Shown: piece after piece, positions 46,448 to 56,223 of the stretch
Layout of the letters: each line of letters starts with the position of its first letter
Numbering within the stretch: position 1 is the first letter of the stretch
Assembly: GCA_963822965.1 (NCBI GenBank)
Contig: CAWGJT010000005.1
Location: forward strand, 1,504,001 to 1,568,000
Direction of reading: 5' to 3'
DNA from: an uncultured delta proteobacterium
GTDB taxonomy: Bacteria > Myxococcota_A > UBA9160 > UBA4427
DNA length: 64,000 bases
Program-made: the position numbers and the translations under genes
Notes under the pieces: generated by a model
The model's input: only the letters and a program-made list of their open reading frames with translations
Told to the model about the DNA's origin: nothing
Database searches by the model: none

Positions 46448-47845
46448 ATGGCGAAGCACACTGGCAAGACCAGGCGCACAGGCACGACGAAGAGCGGGGG
46501 CACGACGAGGCGCACGCAGACGACGAAGCCCAGTGGCATGGATGCGACGGAGACGTTCGATCGCCTGGCTCCGGCCATCGTCGCACGCGGCGTGGACAAA
46601 GGAACGACGCATCGTCCCGACCTGGTCGTCACGCCACGGCTTGCCGCCCTGCGCCGCGCGGGCACGAGGCACGTGTACGGAGACAGTGCCGACGTGCGGG
46701 AGCTCGACCTGCTGCTGACGACGAGCCCGGGTGTGATCCATGGGGAGATCGACGGAAACACCGCGAACCAGCCCCTCATCCGAAAGGTCGTCGCGCGCTA
46801 CCTCGACGCCGGTCACCCGCGCGCCTGGGCGGACGAGCTGCTCGAGCGGTGTCCCGGCCTCTCGCACGACGACCTCGTGATCCTGCTCTACTCGATCGTC
46901 TGCGCTCGCATCGGCAACGACGTCACGCGTTCGTTCGCCTCCGGACGTGCGTGGGAGGTGAGCCTCCAGCTCCACATGGGACTCTCCAACCATGCCGCCG
47001 CGGCGCGTTGGGTCGGTCGCCTGCTGCGTCGCATGGTCCCGAGCGCCTTCGTGAAGGTTCCCTTCACCCCGGACGCACCCCAGTGCCTTCTCGTCGCCCG
47101 GGACCTCGAGCGGTCGGGAATCCCGGTCAACTTCACCTCGACGTTCTCGGCCCGGCAGGTCGTCACGGCTGCGCTCCTGACCAACGCGACCCGCACCAAC
47201 ATCTTCATGGGGCGCCTCAACCAGGGCCTGCAGGCCGATCTCCTGGGCGAGCACGTGGATCTGGAGGCACAGCGTGCACTGCGGCGCCTTCGCGAGGGGT
47301 CCGGCGTCACGAGCGAGCTCATCGTCGCCAGCGTCCACGACTGGCAGACGTTCGTGCGGGTGGCCGGTTGCGACGTCTTCACCGCGCCCTGCAGCGTGAT
47401 CCGGAGCTTCCTCGAGCAGGACGAGGTGCCGCCGGCGGAGATCGAGAGCCGCCTGGAGACCTCCTACGAGGGAGAGCTCGGTGTCTCCACCGAGGTCCTG
47501 GAGAAGATCGACGCGCACCGGATCGCCCGCCTCTACCGGGTCGAGCCCGAGCTCGTGGACTTCCTACAGGAGTATCGCAAGGCGCCGGAGTACGGGCGGC
47601 TACGGGACGGCGAGGCGCTCTACAAGCGCTTCGACCAGGCCGGCTTCGGCGACCTCTTCCACCAGCCCAGCGAGCGAGAGCAGCAGGAGATGGAGCGGGG
47701 AAAGCTTCCGGATCTGGACGGCACCCTGATCGAACGGGTCCCCATCGACACGCACTTCACGCTGCTGGCCAACGCGGACTTCCGCCGCGCCCAGCTCGAG
47801 ATCGACGCAGAGATCGAGAAGCGTCTGGAATCGTCCGGACGATGA
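46448..47845 (+). CDS. Transaldolase family protein
   Basis: DSAD, DGNTANQPL, Schiff-base Lys in FVKVP, VNFTSTFS..Q, IFMGRL and IVASV motifs. GGAGG SD present. Confidence 0.8.
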   Translation: MAKHTGKTRRTGTTKSGGTTRRTQTTKPSGMDATETFDRLAPAIVARGVDKGTTHRPDLVVTPRLAALRRAGTRHVYGDSADVRELDLLLTTSPGVIHGEIDGNTANQPLIRKVVARYLDAGHPRAWADELLERCPGLSHDDLVILLYSIVCARIGNDVTRSFASGRAWEVSLQLHMGLSNHAAAARWVGRLLRRMVPSAFVKVPFTPDAPQCLLVARDLERSGIPVNFTSTFSARQVVTAALLTNATRTNIFMGRLNQGLQADLLGEHVDLEAQRALRRLREGSGVTSELIVASVHDWQTFVRVAGCDVFTAPCSVIRSFLEQDEVPPAEIESRLETSYEGELGVSTEVLEKIDAHRIARLYRVEPELVDFLQEYRKAPEYGRLRDGEALYKRFDQAGFGDLFHQPSEREQQEMERGKLPDLDGTLIERVPIDTHFTLLANADFRRAQLEIDAEIEKRLESSGR

Positions 47846-48372
47846 GTCTCCAGTCCCGAGATCCGAGCCTCGACGGTGGCCTTCCGGACGCGGTCGGCCT
47901 GGGCCTCCAGGAGCCGCCCAGCCTCGGCCTCCGGGAAGCGCCCAGCCTCGGCCTCCGGGAAGCGCCCAGCCTCGGCCTCCGGGAAGCGCCCAGCCTCGTG
48001 GAACGGTCCGCGGAGGCTCTCTTCGGGTCCCTGACCGACGGCGTGCTGATCCACCAGCACGGGCGGATCGCCTATGCGAACCGTCGGCTCTGCACGCTTC
48101 TCGGCTTCGAGCCCGACGAGTTCCACGGGCGCCCCGCGCTCGCGTTGTACCCCGACAGCGACTACCTGATGGCCCTGGCCCGCTGGCAACGGGCGGCGTT
48201 CTCGGCGAGCCGAACGGCGGTCACCCATCACCGCCTGCTGCGCCGGGACGGTGGGACCGTCTCAGTGGAGGTGTCCTCGCTGCTCCTCTCCATCGAGGAC
48301 GGCGAGGCGCTGGTGATCGAGGTGATCAGCCGCTCTCCGGCCTCGCGGAAGGGATCCACGCGACCCGCCTGA
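47842..48372 (+). CDS. Stand-alone PAS domain protein with N-terminal (PSLGLREA)n repeat
   Basis: DGVLI...GRIAYAN...LLGF...E..G and RRDGGTVSVEV motifs. ATGA overlap with the transaldolase gene. Confidence 0.7.
   Translation: MSLQSRDPSLDGGLPDAVGLGLQEPPSLGLREAPSLGLREAPSLGLREAPSLVERSAEALFGSLTDGVLIHQHGRIAYANRRLCTLLGFEPDEFHGRPALALYPDSDYLMALARWQRAAFSASRTAVTHHRLLRRDGGTVSVEVSSLLLSIEDGEALVIEVISRSPASRKGSTRPA
47893..47998 (+). repeat. In-frame 24-nt coding tandem repeat
   Basis: CCCAGCCTCGGCCTCCGGGAAGCG x3 (47917-47988) plus flanking degenerate and partial copies. Confidence 0.9.
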
Positions 48373-48435
48373 GGGCCGGCGTCGCGCGGCCGGGGGCGCG
48401 CTCGACGGCGCTACCGGCTTCGGCTTCGGCGAGGC

Positions 48436-48669
48436 TCAGCCGCGCCCGAACAGAACGCGGGGGGCTCGCGGCTCGAGGCGGCTCACGGCGGCCCGTCCCA
48501 GGTCGTCCGCCGCGAGATCGTCCTCTCCCGCACCCGCGGCGCCGTGCTCGGCAAGAAAGGCAAGCACCTGGCTGCGTGCTTCCCGAACCGAGCTCGCCGC
48601 CACCCGCAGCTCCACCTCGCTCGCCCCCGACCTGACCTTCCAGGAGTACGTGTAGATCCTCATGAACAT
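48436..48669 (-). CDS. Small hypothetical protein
   Basis: Strong SD (AAGGAAGGAG) and protein-like composition. Co-oriented downstream of ligD-PE. Confidence 0.6.
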   Translation of the reverse strand: MFMRIYTYSWKVRSGASEVELRVAASSVREARSQVLAFLAEHGAAGAGEDDLAADDLGRAAVSRLEPRAPRVLFGRG

Positions 48670-48715
48670 CTCCTTCCTTCAACTCGAGCCGGTCTCACGC
48701 CCGTCTCGAGCCGTC

Positions 48716-49348
48716 TCACGTCCGCCCGCCTTCGCCATCGTCGGCCTCGGCCGCCACCTCTGCAACGGTTCGACCGGAGAGGACGCTCTCGGGTTCCGTG
48801 CGGGTGGGGTTGCGCCGGGCGTCGGCCCCTTCGTCCTTCATCTTGACGAGGAGCCAGTTCCTCTCGTCACCCCCCGAGCGGCTGTGCACCAGCGCATAGC
48901 CTCCACGCAGCTTCCGGCCCTCGAGCCACACCTCCACGGGGCCGTCCGCCAGAGCCGACTCCATGGCCACCTCCTTCCCCTCGTCGTCGTACCGCAGGTT
49001 CCGGTACGGCCCGGCGTCCCAGACGATGACGGTGCCGGCGCCGTACTCGCCCTCGGGAATCACCCCTTCGAAGTCCGCGTAGTCGAGCGGATGGTCCTCC
49101 ACCGCCACCGCCAGCCGCTTGTCGCGGGGATCGGTCGACGGACCCTTCGGCACCGCCCACGACTTGAGGACGCCGCCCACCTCGAGCCGGAAGTCAAAGT
49201 GATGGTGGCTGGCGTCGTGCTCGTGGACGACGAAGATGGGATTGTGGCTCTTGCGGAAGCGCGGGCGTCTGCTCTCGTCTCCGGCGGGCTCGGGCGAGCG
49301 GGCGAAGTCGCGCCGGGAGCGATAGCGCGCGAGCGCACCGTGCTTCAT
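48716..49348 (-). CDS. Stand-alone LigD 3'-phosphoesterase (PE) domain
   Basis: YR.RRDF..SPEP, FVVHEHDA..HHFDFRLE, SWAVPKGPS and EDHPLDY..FEG..GEYG motifs. Confidence 0.92.
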   Translation of the reverse strand: MKHGALARYRSRRDFARSPEPAGDESRRPRFRKSHNPIFVVHEHDASHHHFDFRLEVGGVLKSWAVPKGPSTDPRDKRLAVAVEDHPLDYADFEGVIPEGEYGAGTVIVWDAGPYRNLRYDDEGKEVAMESALADGPVEVWLEGRKLRGGYALVHSRSGGDERNWLLVKMKDEGADARRNPTRTEPESVLSGRTVAEVAAEADDGEGGRT

Positions 49349-51813
49349 GGGCGCGGCGCGTGTGACTCGGCCAGGTCAGCCTCCGCGGCCGCCACCTCGC
49401 GCTTCGCCGCCAGGAAGGCGTCGGGACTCACCGAGACGGAATCGATTCCGGCCTCGACGAGGAGCCGCGCGAAGCGCGGGTCGTCACTGGGTGCCTGACC
49501 GCACAAGCCCACCTCGGCCCGACGGCTATGGGCTCGCTCGATGAAGTCGCGGATCGCGCGGGTGACCGCCCGGTGGCCGGCGTCGAAGAGCGGCGCGAGC
49601 TCCTCGGAGTCCCGGTCCACGCCCAGCACGAGCTGGGTGAGATCGTTGCTGCCGATCGAGAACCCGTCGAAGCGGTCGGCGAACTCCTCCGCCAGGAACA
49701 CGTTCGACGGGATCTCGCACATCGCGTAGACGGCCAGGCCGCCGCGGCCTCGCACGAGCCCGTTCTCGGCCAGCACACCGAGAACCCGATCCGCCTCCTC
49801 GGGGGTCCGGCAGAACGGGATCATCACGATCACGTTCGACAGGCCCATCTCCTCGCGAACCCTCCGCACCGCGCGGCACTCGAGCGCGAAGCCCTGGCGA
49901 TACCGCTCGCTGTAGTAGCGGGACGCGCCCCGGAAGCCCAGCATCGGGTTCTCCTCCACGGGCTCGAACTCCCGTCCCCCCAGCAGCTCGGCGTACTCGT
50001 TGGTCTTGAAGTCGCTCATGCGCACCACGACGGGTCGCGGATACTGGCAAGCCGCCAGACGCGCGATCCCGTAGGCCAGCCGGTCGACGAAGTAGGCCTC
50101 CTTGTCGTCCCAGCCGCGGGTGAGCTCGGCGATGCGGGAGCGGGCTTCTTCGTCCTGCAGCTCGTCGTATCGAACGAGGGCCATGGGATGGACACGGATC
50201 GCGTCGTTGATGATGAACTCCATGCGCGCGAGGCCCACGCCGTCGGCCGGAAGCTGTGCCCAGCGGAAGGCGGTTCCCGGGTTCGCGAGGTTGATCATCA
50301 CCCGCGTGCGGGTCCGGGGAACGTCCTCGAACGACAGATCCTCCACCTCGTACTCGGCCGCCCCGTCGTAGACGCGCCCCTCGTCGCCCTCGGCGCACGA
50401 CACGGTCACGGACTGCTCGTCGCGGAGCATCTCGGTGGCGTTGCCGGCGCCCACGATCGCGGGAACGCCCAGCTCGCGGCTGACGATCGCCGCGTGCGAG
50501 GTGCGGCCGCCGTGGTCGGTCACGATGGCGGCGGCCCGCCGCATGATCGGAACCCAGTCGGGGTCGGTCGTCCCGGTCACCAGGACCGCGTCCGTGACGA
50601 AGCGGTCGATCTCCGACGCGTGCTGGATGGTGCACACGGGCCCCGTCGCCACTGCATCGCCGATGGCCAGCCCCCTCACGATGGGCTCCCCGGCGTCGCG
50701 GATCCTGTAGCGGCGCAGCGACGCCCCCTTCTCCTGGGAGTGCACCGTCTCCGGCCGGGCCTGCACCACGAAGAGCTCGCCCGTGTCCCCGTCCTTTGCC
50801 CACTCGACGTCCATCGGGCTGCCGTAGTGCCGCTCGATCAAGCAGCCCCAACGAGAGAGCCGGAGGATCTCCTCGTCCGTGAGAACGAGGCGCAGACGCT
50901 CCTCCGCGGAGGTCTCGACCGTCTCGACCGCATCGTCGTCCCCGTCGGAGCCGGACGCCTTCTCGGCGTACACGATCTTGATCTGCTTGCGGCCCCGCCT
51001 CACGTCCAGGATGGGCTTGACCCCCTCTTCATCGAGGAGCTTCTTGAAGACCGTGTACGAATCGGGGTCGGCGGTTCCCTGGACGACCGTCTCGCCGAGC
51101 CCCCAGTTCGCATCGATCACGATCACGTCCCGGAAGCCCGTCTCGGGATCGAGCGTGAAGAGGACGCCCGCACCGGCGCGATCCGCGCGAACCATCTCCT
51201 GCACGCCGATTGACAGGGCGACGTCGTCGTGCCCGAAGCCCTGCTCCTCCCGATAGCTGATGGCGCGATCCGTGAAGAGCGACGTGTAGCAGCGCAGACA
51301 GGCGTCGAGCAGGGCCTCCTCGCCGCTCACGTTCAGGAAGGTCTCCTGCTGTCCGGCGAAGCTCGCCCCGGGAAGGTCTTCGGCGGTGGCACTGCTCCGC
51401 ACCGCCACGTGGAGCGTTTCGCGCTCGCAGCGCGCGGCGAGATCCCGGTACGCGTGGCGGACGGCCACCGCGATCTCCTCGGGAAAGACGGCCGCCTCGA
51501 ACGCCTGCCGGATCGTTCCGGCGACGCTCTGGATGGACGACTTGCCGGCGTGCAGAGCCCGCATGCCATCCGCGATCGTCTCGCCCAGCTCGTTGTGCTC
51601 GACGAAGCGCCGATAGGCCGAGGCGGTGGTAGCGAAGCCGCGGGGCACCCGGATGCCGCGGGGCGAGAGGGCCCGCGTCAGCTCGCCCAGCGAGGCGTTC
51701 TTTCCGCCGACCTTCGCGACGTCGTCCGAGCCCAGGCGCTCGAGCGGCTGCACCCACTGCGCCGCACCTTCCTCTCCCTTCGCCTTCGTTCGAGACTTCG
51801 TTCGCGGACTCAT
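49345..51813 (-). CDS. ppsA: Phosphoenolpyruvate synthase
   Basis: VGGKNASLGE, AVRSSATAED, phospho-His GGRTSHAAI and SIGSNDLTQ motifs. SD GGAGGT favours start 51813. Confidence 0.96.
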   Translation of the reverse strand: MSPRTKSRTKAKGEEGAAQWVQPLERLGSDDVAKVGGKNASLGELTRALSPRGIRVPRGFATTASAYRRFVEHNELGETIADGMRALHAGKSSIQSVAGTIRQAFEAAVFPEEIAVAVRHAYRDLAARCERETLHVAVRSSATAEDLPGASFAGQQETFLNVSGEEALLDACLRCYTSLFTDRAISYREEQGFGHDDVALSIGVQEMVRADRAGAGVLFTLDPETGFRDVIVIDANWGLGETVVQGTADPDSYTVFKKLLDEEGVKPILDVRRGRKQIKIVYAEKASGSDGDDDAVETVETSAEERLRLVLTDEEILRLSRWGCLIERHYGSPMDVEWAKDGDTGELFVVQARPETVHSQEKGASLRRYRIRDAGEPIVRGLAIGDAVATGPVCTIQHASEIDRFVTDAVLVTGTTDPDWVPIMRRAAAIVTDHGGRTSHAAIVSRELGVPAIVGAGNATEMLRDEQSVTVSCAEGDEGRVYDGAAEYEVEDLSFEDVPRTRTRVMINLANPGTAFRWAQLPADGVGLARMEFIINDAIRVHPMALVRYDELQDEEARSRIAELTRGWDDKEAYFVDRLAYGIARLAACQYPRPVVVRMSDFKTNEYAELLGGREFEPVEENPMLGFRGASRYYSERYRQGFALECRAVRRVREEMGLSNVIVMIPFCRTPEEADRVLGVLAENGLVRGRGGLAVYAMCEIPSNVFLAEEFADRFDGFSIGSNDLTQLVLGVDRDSEELAPLFDAGHRAVTRAIRDFIERAHSRRAEVGLCGQAPSDDPRFARLLVEAGIDSVSVSPDAFLAAKREVAAAEADLAESHAPRP

Positions 51814-51856
51814 CTGTCCGACCTCCGGGGTCATTGCCCTGCGTCCGGGTTATACC

Positions 51857-51872
51857 AGCAAGGCGCGTGCCA
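51857..51872 (-). promoter_or_regulatory. sigma54 promoter of ppsA-ligD(PE)
   Basis: Minus strand reads TGGCACG-CGCC-TTGCT, a perfect consensus match. Confidence 0.8.
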
Positions 51873-52015
51873 GCACCCGGCTGGCCCGGAGCCCGGCCCC
51901 GGGGACGCGCGGACGCTCGTCGTCCCGACCGACGACCGCCCTCTCGGCCGGCCCACACGGCAGATTCTGCAATCGGGTCGGGCCCTTGAAACGGCCCTCG
52001 AGCAGGGGTCGCGGA

Positions 52016-53131
52016 TCAGCGCGGAGCCCGGTAGCCACCCGGCACGCCGTGGGGAGAGAGGACGATCTGCCACAGCTGGTTGCGACGGGCGCGGAATGTT
52101 GCCGCACAGCTCTGCAGGTAGAAGCGCCACATGCGCCGGAACGACTCGTCGTAACGCTCGGCGAGCGCCGGCCAGGCCTCGTCGAAGCTCTCGAGCCAGT
52201 GCATCAGCGTGCGGTCGTAGTCCGCACCGAAGTTGTGCCAGTCTTCCATCACGAAGAGGCCCTCGATGGCCTGACACACCTGCGTCATCGAAGGCAGCAT
52301 CGAGTTCGGGAAGATGTATCGGCCGATCCAGGGATCCACCGAGCGGACGGACTCCAGGTTGCCGATGGTGTGCAGCAGGAAGAGCCCTTCCGGATGCAGG
52401 TGCTCGCGCACCACCTGCATGAAGCGCCGATAGTTCTTGTACCCGACGTGCTCGAGCATCCCCAGGGAGAAGACGCGGTCGAAGCAGCCTTCGATGCTGC
52501 GATAGTCCTGGAGCCGAATCTCGACGGGGAGCTTCGCGCAGCGCTGACGCCCGACCTCGAGCTGGTCCCGGGACACGGTGATCCCCACCACCTCCACGCC
52601 GTAGCGCCGGGCGGCGAACCGCGCGGCCCCGCCCCAGCCGCAGCCGACGTCGAGCACGCGCATGCCGGGCTTCAGCTGCAGCTTGCGGCAGACGAGATCG
52701 AGCTTCGCCTCCTGGGCCTCTTCGAGCGACGTTGCATCCCGCCAGTAGCCGCACGAGTAGATCTGCCTGGTGTCCAGCATCGCGCGAAAGAGGTCGTCGC
52801 CGAGGTCGTAGTGGCGCCGGGCGACCTGGCCGACCCGCGCGACCCGCTGGAGATTGCGGAAGCGGCCGCGGATCGTCTCGACCCGGGACGCGATGGACCG
52901 GAAGCGCCGGTCGACGTCGGCCGAGAGCAGGCGGTAGAAGAGCTCGTCGAGACGGTCGCAGTCCCATCCTCCGCCCACGTAGGACTCGCCGAGGGCCAGG
53001 GAGCCCTGGGCGAAGACTCGGGCCAGAACGCGCTCGTCGTGGATCTGAGGATCCCACGGCCGGCTTCCGTCGAGGATCACGTCGGCTGCGTCGATCCGGC
53101 ACTGGACCTGTCTTCGAAGGCGTGAAGACAT
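52016..53131 (-). CDS. cfa: Cyclopropane fatty-acyl phospholipid synthase
   Basis: LGESY..G.W, HYDLGDDLF, YSCGYW, LDVGCGWGG and YIFP motifs. Confidence 0.93.
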   Translation of the reverse strand: MSSRLRRQVQCRIDAADVILDGSRPWDPQIHDERVLARVFAQGSLALGESYVGGGWDCDRLDELFYRLLSADVDRRFRSIASRVETIRGRFRNLQRVARVGQVARRHYDLGDDLFRAMLDTRQIYSCGYWRDATSLEEAQEAKLDLVCRKLQLKPGMRVLDVGCGWGGAARFAARRYGVEVVGITVSRDQLEVGRQRCAKLPVEIRLQDYRSIEGCFDRVFSLGMLEHVGYKNYRRFMQVVREHLHPEGLFLLHTIGNLESVRSVDPWIGRYIFPNSMLPSMTQVCQAIEGLFVMEDWHNFGADYDRTLMHWLESFDEAWPALAERYDESFRRMWRFYLQSCAATFRARRNQLWQIVLSPHGVPGGYRAPR

Positions 53132-53405
53132 CGGCAATCCCGCCTTGCCGGCTGTACGACCGACAGTGTAGTGCGTCCTGCACGGCTCGTGCCAGGACGC
53201 TCCGGGGACGCCCGGAAGAACACGGAGGGGATCCCGGCAAACCCGAGGCGGCGCAGCGGCCCGGCCGGGTGCAGCCGGATGCAGCGGGTAGGAGGAGGGC
53301 GACACATTTGTAGATTCGTGCCGTCAGGACCACACCCGACCGGGAAGGCGAGACCGCGCCGGCCAGAGGCGGGGCGAGATCGCGCGGAGAGGCGGAGGTA
53401 GCGCC

Positions 53406-53421
53406 CGGCACGTGCCTTGCA
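53406..53421 (+). promoter_or_regulatory. sigma54 promoter of the ackA-like/M50 operon
   Basis: CGGCACG-TGCC-TTGCA about 65 nt before GTG 53486. Confidence 0.75.
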
Positions 53422-53485
53422 CCCACGTGGATCGCAGCGCAGTGCTGCAGCCAGCCGGTGGCACGGCGAGCGGGAGGTCGGCACC

Positions 53486-54523
53486 GTGAGGATCGCGGTT
53501 CTCAACCCAGGCTCACGAACCATCAAGTCCGGGCTCGTGGAGGTGTCCGGAGCCGAGGTCCGCGTACTCGAGGGCGCCGCCGTCGAGCGGAGCGACCCCG
53601 CCGGTCTGGAGCACGACTTCCGGACGGTGCTGGCCGGGCTGCCCCGGGATCGGGTGGACGCCGTCGCCCATCGCGTGCTCCACCCCGGCCTGCACGAGCC
53701 GAGCGAGATCGACGAGCCGCTGCGGCGCCTGCTCGAGGAGAGCACACCGCGCGCCCTGCGCGAGGCGGCTCCGGCGCCGGAAGGCATCCGGATCGCCCGC
53801 GAGCTGTTTCCCGACGTTCCGGCAGTGGCGGTATTCGACACGGCGTTCGAAGCGGGACAGACGCTGGCTGCGCACCTGCACGCGCCGCCCTGGCATCTGA
53901 CACCCCTCGACGCCTCCGCAGGGGCCTCCTTCCAGGGCATCGCCCACGCCTCGCTGGTCGAGAGCCTGGCCCGTGCGGAGGGATCCAGCGTCGACTCCAT
54001 CGACGCGGTGACGCTCCAGCTCGGCGCCCGCTGCTCCACCTGCGCGATCGCGACGGGGCAGCTGGCGGAGATCTCGACCGGGTTCACGCCGTTTGCAAGC
54101 GTGGGCTCGGACTCCGACTCGACGCCGATCGCAGATCTGCGAGACGTGCTGCAGGCCGAGGCGCTGGGCAACGACGTGGCCGCCATCGCCGTGAGCCGCT
54201 TCGTCCGACGCATCGTCGCCACGGTGGGCGCCTACCTGACCCTGCTCGGCGGTCGCGGGAGCCTGGTCTTCGGCGGGGGCATCGGAGCGAACTCCGCCGA
54301 GATCCGGCGGCGGATTGCGGCGGGGCTGCGGTCGTGGAACGTGATGCTCGATCCCGAGCGGAACGACGCGGGCGATCCCGGACGCATCTCGCGGATCGGC
54401 CTGCGGCGGGTCTACGCCTTCGAGACCCGGGAGGAGCCGTTGATCGCCCGCGCCGCAGCGGCTGTGCTGGGCACCCGGGGAGCGTCGGCGCCCGCTCCGC
54501 CCCTGAAGCCGCGGAAGGCATGA
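53486..54523 (+). CDS. Degenerate acetate/propionate kinase-like protein
   Basis: Recognisable but eroded AckA motifs: VLNPGS.TIK, HRVLHPG, AVFDTAF, STGFTP, GGGIGANS and TREE. Confidence 0.7.
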   Translation: MRIAVLNPGSRTIKSGLVEVSGAEVRVLEGAAVERSDPAGLEHDFRTVLAGLPRDRVDAVAHRVLHPGLHEPSEIDEPLRRLLEESTPRALREAAPAPEGIRIARELFPDVPAVAVFDTAFEAGQTLAAHLHAPPWHLTPLDASAGASFQGIAHASLVESLARAEGSSVDSIDAVTLQLGARCSTCAIATGQLAEISTGFTPFASVGSDSDSTPIADLRDVLQAEALGNDVAAIAVSRFVRRIVATVGAYLTLLGGRGSLVFGGGIGANSAEIRRRIAAGLRSWNVMLDPERNDAGDPGRISRIGLRRVYAFETREEPLIARAAAAVLGTRGASAPAPPLKPRKA

Positions 54524-54544
54524 CGCCATGAGAGGAGCGACGCC

Positions 54545-55711
54545 ATGAGCGAGACGACGCCGAAGCGACACGACGAGACACAGCCCGGCGCGAGGCGCGG
54601 GATCTTCCTGTTCCGGGTCGGCGACATCGACATCCGCCTGGACTACTCGTGGTTCCTGATCTTCGCGCTCATCCTCGTGAGTCTCTCCGCGGGCTACTTC
54701 CCGCGCGTCCAGCAAGGCGAGCCGACCGCCGCATACTGGCTGGCCGGCGCGGCCGCGACCCTGCTCTTCTTCGCCTCGATCGTCGCGCACGAGCTCTCCC
54801 ACGCCCTGGTCGCCAAGCTCTCGGGCATCCGGGTACCTACGATCACGCTCTTCCTGTTCGGAGGCGTCTCGCACATGGAGGAGGAGTCGCGCACGCCGGG
54901 CAGCGAGTTTCGCGTGGCCGTGGTGGGACCGCTGACCAGCCTGGCGCTGGCCGCCGTCTTCTGGGGCGTGCATCGGGCGCTTCCCGCGGACTTTCCGCCC
55001 CTGGCGGCCAGCGTGGTGGGCTACCTCGCCTGGGTCAACGCAGCGCTCGCGGTCTTCAACCTGCTGCCGGGCTTCCCGCTCGACGGCGGCCGGGTTCTGC
55101 GGGCGGCGGCGTGGTGGAAGACGGGCTCGCTCCGGCGCGCCACCCGCATCGCGGCCGACGCCGGCAAGGGCCTGGCGATCGGCCTGATGCTGCTGGGCGG
55201 GCTGCAGGTCTTTCTGGGCTCGTTGCTGGGCGGGCTCTGGCTCGTCTTCATCGGCATGTTCCTGCGAACCATGGCCGAGTCGAGCTACCAGAGCCTGGTC
55301 CTCGTGCAGAGCCTGGAAGACGTGCGCGTGGAGCATGTGGCGACCCTGGACCCGATCACGGTGCCCCCGCAGCTCTCCATCGCCGACCTGGTGGACGACT
55401 ATCTGCTGGTGCACGGCTACCGCGCCTATCCGGTGGTCGACGACGGAGCCGTGCTCGGGATGATCTCGATCGACGACCTTCGCGACCTTCCGGCCGAGAA
55501 GCGCGCTTCGACCACGGTCAAGGATCGCATGCGGGTGCTGGACGAGTCCCTCTGCGTCTCCCCCGAGCTCTCGCTGCGCGACGCCCTCAAGAAGCTCGCG
55601 TCCGGCGGCGTGCCCCTGCTCGTCATGCAGGGGAACGAGCTGGCGGGTATCCTCACGAAGAGCGGGCTGGCGCGCTTCATCGAGATCCGGCGGGCGCTCG
55701 AAGAGGCCTGA
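54545..55711 (+). CDS. Site-2 (M50) zinc metalloprotease with tandem CBS domains
   Basis: HELSH and NLLPGFPLDGG motifs, with a C-terminal CBS pair. Confidence 0.93.
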   Translation: MSETTPKRHDETQPGARRGIFLFRVGDIDIRLDYSWFLIFALILVSLSAGYFPRVQQGEPTAAYWLAGAAATLLFFASIVAHELSHALVAKLSGIRVPTITLFLFGGVSHMEEESRTPGSEFRVAVVGPLTSLALAAVFWGVHRALPADFPPLAASVVGYLAWVNAALAVFNLLPGFPLDGGRVLRAAAWWKTGSLRRATRIAADAGKGLAIGLMLLGGLQVFLGSLLGGLWLVFIGMFLRTMAESSYQSLVLVQSLEDVRVEHVATLDPITVPPQLSIADLVDDYLLVHGYRAYPVVDDGAVLGMISIDDLRDLPAEKRASTTVKDRMRVLDESLCVSPELSLRDALKKLASGGVPLLVMQGNELAGILTKSGLARFIEIRRALEEA

Positions 55712-55745
55712 GCGCTCGGTCAGTCCGAGAGCCGTAGAGTCGACG

Positions 55746-55796
55746 GTCGAAAAGTCGAAAGGTCGAAAGGTCGAAAAGTCGAAAAGTCGAGAGTCG
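55746..55796. repeat. Intergenic 8-nt microsatellite (GTCGAAAR)n
   Basis: Five full units at 55746-55785 plus degenerate flanks. Confidence 0.9.
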
Positions 55797-55843
55797 CACA
55801 GGAGAGCCAGAGCTCACTGGAGCGAGAGCGGGACGACCCTTCC

Positions 55844-56223
55844 GCTGGGCGGCGCCTTCTCCCACGCTGCCGGCGGCCACTGGCGCGGGACTCGCGATGG
55901 AGACCGCGGCGCTCTGGGTCGTGCTGGGCTTTTCGTGCTTCCTCATGCTCGAGCAGGTGCTGCACTGGCATCACTGCAACCGAGCGTCGGCGGACTGCGG
56001 GTCACCCCTCACCCACCTGATCCTGCTCGGGGACGGACTGCACAGCTTCCTGGGCGGCCTGGGCGTGGGCGCCGTCATGCTGCTCGACGTGCGCCTGGGA
56101 ACGACCGCGTGGCTGGCCGCGGCGGCCCACGAGGTGCCCCAGGAGCTGGGGGACTTCGGGGTGCTCATCCAACCGGTCGAGCCTCGCGTCATTCCCCCTG
56201 CAGGGCGAGGCCGACGTCGATGA
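55844..56223 (+). pseudogene. ZIP family metal transporter fragment
   Basis: LEQVLHWHHC, DGLHSFLGG and AHEVPQELGDFGVL motifs. N-terminal and C-terminal helices are missing. Confidence 0.7.

Noticed and set aside
47893..47998. 24-nt repeats here and at 29041 as possible CRISPR arrays
   Set aside because: The units are head-to-tail with no spacers, they are coding, and no cas genes are present.
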